From contig OZ059894.1 in NCBI GenBank assembly GCA_964057225.1, positions 10,850,001-10,914,000 of the forward strand: DNA of 64,000 nucleotides. Direction: 5' to 3'. Source of the DNA: Auanema rhodensis (lineage: Eukaryota > Animalia > Nematoda). Shown here piece by piece: positions 13,301-26,788 of the stretch; position 1 is the first letter of the stretch; every line of letters begins with the position of its first letter. The position numbers were made by a program, and so were the translations under genes. The notes below the pieces were generated by a model. The model ran no database searches. It saw nothing but the letters and a program-made list of their open reading frames with translations, and had not been told where the DNA came from.

Positions 13301-13916
13301 AGAATTCGACATAGTTTTTGGCGTATATATTCAAAAACTTAAAATTAATTTATCTTTTTGTATATGCAAAAAAAAGATAAACAATTTTTACATTTCAAGA
13401 AGCATATGCAAAATTTCTGATAAAAACTATTAATCTGGCACATGCACGTAAACTTCCTTTATTTTTAATTTTGTTTTCCAATATAGGATACACTATGAGA
13501 GTTGTTTTCTATCAAATTGACGAATTTTCATTAATTATGGAAAATCGTTCATTCTCTTGCATATTGCCATTTAAACTATTTTCTTACAATTTTTATTTGT
13601 TCATTAGGACTCTCTTTTGTAAAATCTTTTATACTGTTTATTACATTTTATGATTTATGCCTTTTGCTTATATCCTAGCTCAACCATCAAATTAGAATGC
13701 TGCTTCTGAAGTTTAATGTTTATAGTAGGCATGAGTACACCAAAGATCGGAAGTGTAGAGAACACAATCGATTCTTTTATTTATACTGATATCTCCATAT
13801 TTTCAGATCTTTTCTATTGTACGTTGTATAAAAAGATTTCCTTACAACGCGTATATGTAATATTGTTTTTTTAGATTCTTCCCGCTTGCCAAGAGAATAA
13901 ATGTAAATCCAGCTGA
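10364..13916 (+). CDS. Short-chain dehydrogenase/reductase, retinol/hydroxysteroid dehydrogenase-like (dhs-2/16/20 group)
   Basis: N-terminal hydrophobic anchor; [12 protein letters not shown] (TGxxxGxG); LWGIVNNAG; catalytic YxxxK in GPYVVAKYG; [10 protein letters not shown]; [17 protein letters not shown]; last exon [13 protein letters not shown] (TGA 13914-13916). Confidence 0.92.
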
Positions 13917-15529
13917 AAGTTCAAATGTTTGAAGTTCAAGTAATAAGATGGAAGGAAAACATTATTACTAATTTTATTTAACAGTTTCCAGCATTAATTA
14001 CTCCTATATATATACTTCTTTATGAGTCGTTGTAATTCCCTACTATTTAACGAAAAAACTTTGTGACAAATTATCAGTTATCATTGTAAACAATAGTTTC
14101 TATACCAATATTAGTTAGTAATATGATAAATATTTAAAGATTTTTATGTTATAGTCAGAAAAGTAGTACAACTGCGAATTTTAATATTTTCAATATTCGA
14201 AGAATGGTGTCGTTTTAATATTTGTAGCATCTATGTCTCCACTGAACTCAACATCTTTTGACGTGAACAAAATGATTTTTGAGCTCAGAAATGCCACATA
14301 AATCAGATTCTTAGTTGCTAGGTCAGTACAAATTATAGACTTTGAACAAGAAAATGGAAAATTAAGAAAACTCTTCTTCTAATCGTTTCTAAGCAATATG
14401 TTTTTATCAAAATTGGAAATCAAGGAAATAGGGAAGAGAAGTAACAAATCTTATGTTTATGTACATGAGTGCTATATATTCAAAACTTTGCATGAGTGTA
14501 AGAATCACTATAGATCAAATGTGCTAGAAGGTTCAAGCGTACTTAACAGAATCAAGGAAAATACACAATTTTGAAAGAGAAAAATAAAGAGTAACAGATA
14601 TACAGCATATCCAACTAGTTGGAACATCTATGTTGAAAACAAAAAGTGCGTCTGTACCATGGTTCTATTGTTTGGCTTCAGAATGATGACATACATTGTA
14701 AACAAACTCGAGCTGATTCAGTATTTAAACGAAAACCCGAAGAGTATATAGATTGGTCTTTTAACAGTGTTCTAAATTAGAATAGAAGTTATAAACTATA
14801 AGATAATAATAAATAAGTTTCATGTGAATTCTTAATAATCAATATAACAAACATTTTGCAGACGGGAAAGAATATTTATTTTTCTAACTTTTACAATAAT
14901 TAACATTTCCGAGATTGTTCATAGTTTAATAACAACGGTCACATGTCTCAAGTGAATCAGTTACGGTCAGGATAAAGTACAAATACAACAACAGAAAAGA
15001 CAGCAAATCGTCTAAACGCGCCATTCGTTCTATTATACAAATATAATATGCTTCGACCCACTATTCAACAATAACGTGTATAACCCGAGGTATAGATGGA
15101 ATCAAAAATGATGATTGACGGGGTGACCAAAATGAGTGGCAAAACAATGATTCACGAGGACTTGCCTAGTAAATGCCGTCTTCTAATGTTATGAACAATT
15201 GAAAGGACACTAAGAAAGCCAACAAAGCGATCAATGAGGAATCTACATTGTAACTAACTAATCTATGTGAAATCTAGAGGTAAAGAATTTTCAGGTCCTA
15301 CACTTTACGGACAGGAAAGAAGTAACGTAGGACATTCATCACCAAAAAAAAGGTCGAACATCTCAGACAAAGATAAAACGATCGTACGAACCAGTCGTTT
15401 GAGGTGATAACTAACAAATATGGAACAAGATATGTAAATAATCATAAAAGAAAAGGTTTCGAAGCGCCTACAGTTATACAGACAATTCAGAGTCTAAGAC
15501 TCTAAGGAAGGAACAAGAAAACCGATAGA

Positions 15530-18500
15530 TTAGCTAAAATGTGATGCTGCAGGTTCCTAGATATATAACTATGTACATGTTTCTCCTACTTTAGATTGAA
15601 GTCTTTCTTATTTAACGCGAATTGTGGAAGACCGAATATATATATATATAATTTAAACCTTATCTACGGAAGTGGGGTTAGGATTTGCCCAAATATTTTC
15701 CAAGCCTTTCAATAATTTGCCCATTTCAATATCTTCTGAGTCAGGATTAGCAAGTCCATAAGTACCCCATGTAGGTTCTTCATGAGAACTACGTGTTCCA
15801 AAACCAGAGATCTGAAAACATTTTTTCAAAATAGAGGAAATATAGAAAACAAAATACCTTGCTATAGTCTATCCCAGAAAACGAGAGATCTTGAATAAAT
15901 TTATCAGCATTGAATGATGGTAATATTTGATCGTTGGTGTCTAAGTTCAGTGAATCCGGTCGGAATAGTCGTTCAACCATGAGAAATCCGGAATCCAAGC
16001 CGAATGGATCCTACAAGGAAACATTATTTATATATCCAATAAATGGGAAAAACCTGAGAAGGATCTTCACTTACTGATGAGCTAGCGCTGCTATCATCAA
16101 TAATACAATTTCTCGGCATTTGTCCCTTGGCCAATGCAGCACCATAGCTTGTAGTAGAAGCAGATGCACGAGGAGACATAGGCTGTGCACGTGATGATGT
16201 CTGTGGAGGTAGCCGCTTCTTCCAACCATCAACAGATGCCATTTCGTAGAAATATCCATCGGAGGATGGATCATAATATCTTAAAATTAAAAAATTAAAA
16301 AACTGCAATTAAGAAGAAAATTACTTGAAAGGTGTGTGATTCATGACGGCAGCTTGAAGCAAAGCACGTGTTGCAGCAGCTTGAAGTTGAATTTGTGCAG
16401 AGGAACACTTGGCACCATTGATCTTCGATTCCATTTCCTGGAAAAAAGAAATAATTCAACACATTTGATACTAGAATAAAGTCCCCGAAATGCACTTTTT
16501 CATTTGAAAATGAGAATTGAGAAGAGCCTGAAGGACGAATGTACTATGTTAGGTTGGCCTCAATTAGCTGCCGACCTAAGCTCAGGACATACTATTTGGT
16601 GTAGTGCAACTACACTTAAATCTTATTTTCAAAGATCGACAGGGTTAACAACTCGTTAGTAACAAGAATCTAGCAAACCAGGCAAAACACATATTAAAGA
16701 GGCAAATGAAGCTTCAGAAAAATAATACTTTAAGTAGTACAAAACTACAAAACTAAAGAAAACTTTTCTGCGAGCGAGACAAAAATAATATAGAATTAGG
16801 TGATAGTTCAAAAGCAGTGGGAAAAAAGCCTAAGCTCAATCCTTGAATAAACTGAAATGTATTTTTGATCAGCAAATAACAAAAAAAAACAGGACAGAGC
16901 CCCTAGCAATATATATGAGGCGAAGCCGAAAATTTGCGAGATTATCCAATTTCTCAATAATATAATACGTTTCTTGTATATCTCGAACAACTGAACCGAA
17001 ACAGATAAGAGATACGAAAAAAAAACAGTGAAAGCAAAAAAAATATTGATAAGGAACCATGTAGCGAAGAAAAACAACAATTCTCGATAAAAGAGGGAAC
17101 ACCGACCTGTTCTTTAACCTTTTGCTGAAGTACTGGAGGAATGGATTGACGTCTTCGCCATCCCTTGGCACTACCTTGCTCGTAATAATAACCATCAGAG
17201 GCAACGTCATATACAAAATAATCGTCTTTAGTGTTAGCATAATCGCCGGCCATGCCATGTTTACTCATGTCATCCGCACAATCTTCGGAAGCAACTAAAA
17301 AAAAAGAATAAGGATGGAACACACAAATTCATGATACCACTTCCTTCGCTGACTACATCAGCAGTTTTCTTGAGAACTTTTTTCGGGCCCCTTCGTTTTT
17401 TCTTTTCTTCGGAGGTTTTATTCGAGGACGATTCAGTTTTCACTTGATTGCCTGAAATAATGCAGGATTAGCTATTATCCGATACTGTCGAGAAAAGATC
17501 CTAATCGATGACAAAAAGATCACAATAACTAGTAGAGAAGTGATACAAACGGTCGGAAGAACTAACATTTCGCAAAAGATTGTCAATGATTGATGAATGA
17601 ACGAAACTTCATAAATAGGAAATATTTCGTTCGTTCAATGTGGTTGAGCAGATCAATTGCAAAATTATAGTTGTGCATGCAGATATCAAACAAAAATTAT
17701 ATGAAAAAAGAATTCCGAAAAGGAATAAAAAACAAACCTTTTTTCTCAAAAATATCGTTGTCCAAAAACCATCCCAGAGTTTTACTTCCGCGAGCAACTG
17801 ATGTTGGAACAAAAGCCTTGTTGCATGAGGGTTGTTTGCTGAAATAAGGACAATGGAAAGTTTAATTATATAGAGAAAAAATTCAATATTTCTTCTTTAT
17901 TTTGACATACCTAGCGTGTGATCGCATTGCCTTTTCGACGTCGACTACAGCTTGAGCTGCGTCTTCAGCCGTAACACTTCGATGCTTTTCACGTGCCGTT
18001 TTGAATATAGAGTTAGGAGATGAACCTCCTGAGATATCAGCTAAACAGAGAGAAAGTCCTGAAAAAATTAAGATAAGCAAGATAAAATATATAACAGAAA
18101 ACATTAACAGATGATAAGGGTCGAAAAGTTAATACGTACCAAAATGCGATCAAAAGAAGAAAACTATAGACAAGCGAAAAAAAACGAATAGATTAAATCA
18201 GAAAGAGAACCAGAGAGGAAACACCCGCGAAGTGATGAAAGGGGAAAAAACAGTGTGGGAAAATGAGATACGCAGAGAAACAGGATAGGTGTTGAACACA
18301 CAGATCATGCTTTCAACACACCCAATCATCCCGAATAATGGCAAAGCATGTTTGCGAGTAGTTAGTCATAGGGAGAAATTTTTGGAGAACTCATTTACCC
18401 TTAGCAAATAACTGTAAACTATAAAATATCCTCCACATTTAACAAATCTTTGCAAGAACAAGTTATGTTTAATGAAAATATATTTATTTATTTCATACAA

Positions 18501-20494
18501 ACTAAACTATGAGATATGATTTAAGCAAAGAAAAAACATGAATAAAATATAAGATGCAATATAAACGTGGCTATTGAAAAAATTGGATGAGAAAAAGAAT
18601 GCGGATCAACATGTATTCACGCGTAAGCAGGCCATCAAAAATCTAGCAGTAGGAAAGAGAAATCTGCGGGAATTCTCCAGGGCAAATTGGGACAATCCTT
18701 GCAATAACAAGAAAGTAAAGATGAAAAAGAATGGAGGAACAGGGAGAAGCAACAGGTTTGCTTGTACGTGCACACACATGAAAATGGATCGAATTTGTTA
18801 TTGTCACATGGGTTCTTAGCCCACTGATAACACATGATTCATCAGCTGACCATTTAATGTGTCACTCATTTGTTAGACTTCAAGGGTCTAAAAGTTGGAA
18901 CATTTGAAAGTAATATTAATGCAAGCACAAGCTTAAAATAAAAGAAAAGGCTGTATGTATAAGAATTATCAAGAATTATATAATTTCACCGCAGTTTCTT
19001 TCGTGAATGCAAAGATATAATGTAGAAATAAAATCTTTAAAAAGAAGGGTGATTTATCATTTAATGACCTGAACAGCCGTTTTCAATCAAAATATCCACG
19101 GTTGAGTTCAACTCCGTTCATAGATTGCACGAAAAAAAGAGCTTATGCAAGCTATCAAAACTAGGATTAGTATCTTATATCTTTCAAATTGAAAAAATCA
19201 AGTTCATATTACGCGGGATTACACGAGATAAGAGGAACAAAATGAGATCAGAAGGAAACCGAAGAAGGAACAGGTTTATAGCCTCGAGGAACGGCTTGAA
19301 CCTTATATAGTTAGTATATAGCTCCGCCCAAGTGCTCAAAGTCGAGAACAAGGGCACGTGTCCTGGCTCAGCTGACTATGCTCCGCCCAGCATTTCATGG
19401 CAACCATACGAAAACAACTAGAAAAGAAAATAAGAATGAACGGAAGAACAAGAACCTGATCCAAGTACAACCGAGTTCACGTTTCAAAAACCTTGGACTA
19501 AAAACATGAACTTGGATCAACATTCGTTTATTCACTTTCCACTATATAGAAGGACGAAAACAATGTAATGCATTTCTACTTTTGAAAAAGCACTAACACG
19601 ACAACAAAAGTGAAGCTTGGGAATCCAAACAAACTGTTATTATGAATAAATCGATACGTTATCAATGAAATGTACAGAAAAGTAAAAGCTAATCGTTGGA
19701 CTTCAAGAAACAAAATGCAAATTAAAGTGCTGCAATATAGCTCTGTTGCCACTAAGCTGAAAAGTAATCAATAACGGTCCTCTCATGACTTACTCGTCAC
19801 ATAATTAAGTATACGAAAGATCTTTCTTCATTAACTTTTTTCACCGTTCCGCCTGCTATTGAATGCATGCAAGAAATCATGATGACAAAACATGAAAATG
19901 GAACGATTTAAGGACTTTCTTGTCAATTCAGCTTCAGAATATATGAACAATAGATTTTGAACGCGGTTCGGAGTTCTTAATGCATGGAAAGTTAGTACAA
20001 GTTCAACGTGACTACATCAGAATTTAGTCATTGAGCAATTCCCTTGAGCATTATTAGGTTTTAGTACACGAAGACCAGTTCAATAGTACATGTATTACAA
20101 AAGTGCAAAAGAAGGTCGAAAGCAGCAAAAAGAACAAGAAATACGATTACTAGTGAGAAATCTGCAAAGTAGAGTTAATTTTTTATTTCAAAACGAAATA
20201 AGATCAAAACGATAGTGAGCTCTCCCATCACCACATAACAACCTTTCAGATGAAAACGGCTAGGCTCACCATCATTTGTGCAGCCAAACATGTAAATAAT
20301 TCAGAAATCTCTATTTGATCAAGAACCAAACAGCGAGGTTTTGTTTTCATAAACAAAACGGTATTAGGCTGCGATATGCACGCAATGCGTTTTCTGTTGA
20401 CAATAATGGACACAAAACAAGAAGCTCGCTAAGAGGAGACGTGAGCGAAGAAATAGAAAACAACATCTCTACCTCGAGATAGTTGAACGCACAT
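15530..20494 (-). CDS. Uncharacterised multi-exon protein with two copies of a YDxxSDGY(Y/F)YE..S..GW(R/K)(R/K)R motif
   Basis: Phase-compatible exons: MCVQLSRG (20494-20473) | LSLCLADISGG.. (18060-17911) | ... YFVYDVASDGYYYEQGSAKGWRRRQ (about 17220-17150) ... YYDPSSDGYFYEMASVDGWKKR (about 16280-16213) ... GKLLKGLENIWANPNPTSVDK. The first and last exons are uncertain (stop at 15530 or about 15587). AATAAA at about 14875-14880 implies a 3'UTR of roughly 650 nt. Confidence 0.65.
19300..19390 (-). promoter_or_regulatory. Candidate internal promoter: two GC boxes, an E-box and a TATA box
   Basis: GCTCCGCCCA at 19321-19330 and 19380-19389, CACGTG at 19355-19360, and CTATATAA on the minus strand at about 19303-19310, inside intron 1 of the 15530-20494 gene. 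Confidence 0.4.
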
Positions 20495-23400
20495 ATAGAT
20501 CGTTAATGCGAACACAGCGTGTTATACAGACATGTCGTCAATGCGGACACGGCGTTTCACCAAGAATGACTGAACAAAAAATAACAAGCATGAGTTCCAA
20601 CAACATAATAAAAAGATAATCAACAACAGCAATATAAATAAAGCACAAACAGTTGATATGTCCAATTCTTCAATTAGAATTAGACATGGAAAATGGAGCA
20701 ACAAACAATGCTGCATAGGAAAGTTTATCAACATATAAAATATAAATACGCACATGACAGCTTATTAAAGCGAACACCGAAAAAAAGGTGAAAAGGTATA
20801 TTGAAAATAGGGAAATGAGAAAATAAATCAATGTCCCAATAAAAACTAGAAGAAATGGTGATGAAAAGAAAAATTGCGAAATCAAGCGAGGGAGAGCCCG
20901 TACTCTGAGTGAAACTGAGCGACAACATGTCCTATCAGCTGATTCACCTCTGCTTGAGACGACATAATCGTAACACCACGACACCAACAGGTGAAGAATG
21001 GACAGGTTTAACCATAGGGAGTAGGGTTAAAAAAGTAAAAAGTGATGAGAGAGCAGCAGCAATCGAACACCCATAAACAACAACAGAAAAACCGTAGCGT
21101 TGTTCGACCCAAGAAAACAAAAGGAAAGTGAGACCACTAGCCACAGGCGATCATTTTAGCACTGAGATTATCTTAAAGAAATAAATATGATGAAGGAAAA
21201 ACACTAGTTAATGTTTGCACACTACCAATTCTCTGTTATCTATTAGAATCAAATAAAAAAAAATGAAACAGAAAACCAGTTCCAACTCTCGAAAGATTTA
21301 CTGACTGCCTAATTAGTGAGATCGATCCATGTTTAATGGATCGAAATTCTTATCAACTTTAAGAGTATAGTTGAGAAATATATGCTCAAGCATTTTAAAC
21401 AATAAATAATAATTTTAATCAATCCCTTTAAAATTTGAACGAATAATGAACAAAAATGAGATAAGTAACTGAACATATCTGATAAAAGGTAAGCACTCTG
21501 AATACTTGAAAAACTATCAAACAGCTGATTACTTCAAAACAAGCTATACTTTTTTGGAAAGATTATTTACTTCAGTTCACTGATTGACAAAAACTCTTAA
21601 ATGAATACAGGACAAGAAAATCAAAGCAATTAGTCAATATGCAGATCAGATATAAACAACGCTCATGGAACACATAATTGTGTTATAAAAACTTGATAAA
21701 GTAGCATACATCGGAAAAAAACTTAACTAAACAAGTTCTCATAAGGGCTATAACTTCAACCGAGCTATTTCCAAGATTATATGAGAATGGAGAAACAAAA
21801 TGAAAAATTGGATAACTTAAGAGGGCAAACGCAGAACAATAAAATAAATCGAGAATCTATGAATACGAGTACATACATGGGATGGGGACACCTGTATCAC
21901 CTAGTACAGGCTAATACATGAAGCTTTTTTATAATTACTCTGAATTGGTAAATGAAAGTAGTTCGTAAAGTGGTGACGGTCGATAGGAAGAATAACACTA
22001 CTACCCCTTTTCATGGCATAACACTCAAATACACGGTGACCTTTAATGCGAGAAGGCCACGACTGGTACGAGAAAACAACCGATGAGCCATAGGGGGTAT
22101 GGCGAAACATTTCGAAATGCGGCGCACTATGTCGTCTTCTCCCTCATAGACGTACGTAAATTTACATCTATCTTGCTTTCTCATTCTCTTTATTTCCTCA
22201 CCCTCCCCATCACTGTCTTGTGAAGGCTGGTGTATCAACATCGACAAAAACGCGAGCGGTTCCCGCGCGAACATCACACCGAAATCGAAAGAGGAAAAGA
22301 TAAAACATTGTGAATCATAGTCAAGTGAATACGTCGTCTAAATGGTCGCAAAAGGAACAACTAAAAAATAGTAATGGCAACCAACAATGAGAAAAATTGA
22401 GATAATATTGAGGTAAAATAATTAAATTAAAACAAAAAAGATATTTCGTATTGTTGAAACCAACTGCTGCTTTATTGACATTAACATGCATTGCTCATTA
22501 AGCCATTGCAAGCATTGCGAATGAATAGCGATTGCTGGGCAAATGCAAGCCACGCGGGTCAGCTGGTGGTAACATTCTGGACCGGCGCCAAAAAAGACAG
22601 AAAACAGCCGATGACGCGTGGGTGCATGTGCGCTAAAGATTCTCGCGAGGTCACGACACATTGACTGTAGAGGTATAACCTTTATAAAATGATGAAATGA
22701 AACAGATAGACATAAAAAATAGAATGTTTAAAATAGATCTTTTTTGGTACGCGTCATCGGATATTTCGAAATAATGCTAACTATGAAATATTTGTCACTA
22801 TACATATGTATTACGTAACGTGGATATCCAACTTTTGAAAAATAGTAAAACATGTATGTTAAGCTTATTAATAATACTAATATGAAAAACTGTTTTCTCG
22901 TGTTAACATGCCTAGATTTGATGCAATCGAGTTAATAAATATGTTGTGAAACCGAAAATGAAAGGAACAAGCTCGTGAACAAAAGACCGTTATAAATGGG
23001 ATGAAAACGGCTGCAAACAAGTATGACATTTGTTAAGAAAAATGAGAATGAGAAACAATTCTTTTGGACATCCAAGCATGCATATTTGAACGTGAACCTT
23101 ATGAAGTTATTGTCACGATTTTAAACACAGAACTGTACATTTTGTACTTGATATCTTTTCTATGTTCATGTGATCGCATCGAATAGAAATAAATAAATAA
23201 GAATCAAATAATTTCGTAGGCATTATAAAACCTCAAGAAATTGACACAGCATCTTTAAAAGGCATAAAACAAAAAGAAACATGATAATCATATTCAAATG
23301 ATGATAACAGTTAATTAAAGGAATCTGGAAGTTTAGAGCGATAAAGAGTACACATGTTTGGTATATCGCAGCGTAAACAATGCTTAGGCGAATGACACAA

Positions 23401-24271
23401 CATGGCGAAGAGGGTGTGTTCATCAAGTCTAGGTTTATAGCAGCATCTGGCAGAAATCAGGCAACAGATGTTCTATAGGTCAATAACTATATCAACGTGA
23501 ATATGGTTTAGGATGGTTTTCGCTTATTTTTTGGATACAATAAAAAGCGGAACCCTTCATAGAAAATACACATATCTCTAAACTGTAAACAAAAAATTGA
23601 ACGCACCAATCACCGCCTTTCTCGACGAGGATCCTTTGAATATCTGGTTTTTATTATGATCTAAACATAAGGAGTGAAGATAACATTGAAATTTGACCAA
23701 ACTTGAAGACACTTCTTGAACAATAAATTTAGGCGGAAGGGCAGATTTCATTTTTAGATTATGAGTGTATATAAATTTTACAAAACTAGAATTTCAAATT
23801 AATATATTCGCGCATAAAAATGCTAATGAAGTGATTCGCGCTTCTACCTCAGATTACATAAATTCAATCAATAATTATTTGATTCTATTTCTCAAATAAT
23901 ATTCCTAAACTTTTGTTTGTATCCATTGTGAGCAAAACGGTCAAAAAATTAATCTTATTCTTTCAATACAAGTAATTCTTTTAACAAATTGTAAACATGA
24001 AACGTACACAAAGTTTTAATCGTGAGATTACATTTTTTTATCACAAAAGTATAGGCGCCATGATTCGGTTATTTATTTAATGAACGGCAAGTGCCTCCTA
24101 ATTTATTTATGCCACTTTAAACTCAGAACAGTCCACATCTTGCGTCAATTACTCTATTGGTGATTATGAGCTAGCAATTAGATAAGGAACCCTTATATAC
24201 ATATATATATATTCATATATCCTTGCTGCCCTATTCCATTTAATAAAAATGTTGTAACATGAAGCTGAAGC

Positions 24272-25475
<1,204 letters not shown>

Positions 25476-25755
25476 CGTCACACTAAATTCAATCTTTTAT
25501 TTAACAAAACATTTAGATCAACGAAAAAAAAGAAACAAATTTTAGTAAAAATATAAACTTAATTCTTTGAACAAGAAGTGAACAACTGCGCGCAAATTGC
25601 GTATTTTTCCCACGTTGGAGTTAAACTGTGCGCCTATTGCAGCATTATACAACTGTCCGAGATTGTTGACATCTTTATGCTAGAGATTCATTGTCGCTAA
25701 TTTGTTTAAAGATTTCATTGTTATTCTTGATATAATAAATTTCAATAGTTTCAGG

Positions 25756-26551
25756 ATGTTGAAATACGGGGGAATTATTTTGCTACTGATTCCAGCTGTT
25801 TGTGCGATACGGTTTAGTATAAATGCCAATCAGAAAAAGTGTCTTAAAGAAGAAATTCATAAGAATATTGTTGTTACGGGCGAATATGAATTTAGCGAAG
25901 GTGTAGGATACTCAGGGAGTGTAATTGTAAGCTTAAGAATATTTTAGTTATAAACGATAAGTATATATTAAGGTTTCTGATACTCGTGGACATATCCTTT
26001 ACAAGAGAGAAAATTTCCAAGATTTAAAAGGAAAATTCGCTTTCACCGCTGACGAATATGATATTTTTGAGATATGTATTTCTAATCACGGACCTGGACG
26101 TAATCTTTTAGATCTAATTTGATTAATACTTTTTTTTTTCAGCTCAGGGTGGTTCTGCCAGGGAAGTTACTTTAACGATGAAGCATGGAGTTGAAGCCAA
26201 AAATTATGATGATCTAGCTAAAGCTGAGAAACTTAAACCTTTGGAGGTAATATCAATATTGAATTTCTGCAATAATCTTGATCTAGGTTGAACTAAGACG
26301 ATTAGAAGATCTTTCTGATTCCATAGTTAAAGATTTTGCTTTTATGAGGCAGCGAGAGGAAGAAATGAGAAATACTAATGGTATTTTTTTTATTTCAAAA
26401 GTTAATGTTGTATATTTGTTAAATTTAAGAATCAACAAACAGTCGTGTTCTCTACTTATCAATCTTTTCTATGCTGTGCCTTCTTGGTCTTGCTGCATGG
26501 CAAGTTCTGTTTCTACGAAACTATTTCAAAGCCAAAAAACTTATTGACTAA
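25756..26551 (+). CDS. tmed-10: p24/EMP24/GP25L GOLD-domain cargo receptor (TMED10/p24-delta)
   Basis: Signal peptide; [18 protein letters not shown]; [15 protein letters not shown]; KHGVEAKNY; [15 protein letters not shown]; [19 protein letters not shown]; TM helix; tail YFKAKKLID*. Confidence 0.95.
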
Positions 26552-26788
26552 AATGGAACAATGGTTTTCCGTGGTTTTTATGAAGTTGTGCTTAAATCAG
26601 TATAATTTTTTATATTTTCTATTTGTTCAATTGTTATTACTGGGAACATTTGATTTAATTTATTTCGTTTCATAAATAATTTTCTTTATGTTATCTATTT
26701 TAATTTGCGGCTGTCCATGCAGATATACACATATTTTTCTTAAAATTTACATACGTATATATAAAAATTATTTTACTAGATTTTGTAA

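Noticed and set aside
20522-22661. Several 60-105 aa hydrophobic minus-strand ORFs
   Set aside because: T-rich non-coding composition yields F/L/I-rich ORFs by chance; there is no coherent exon chain or domain.
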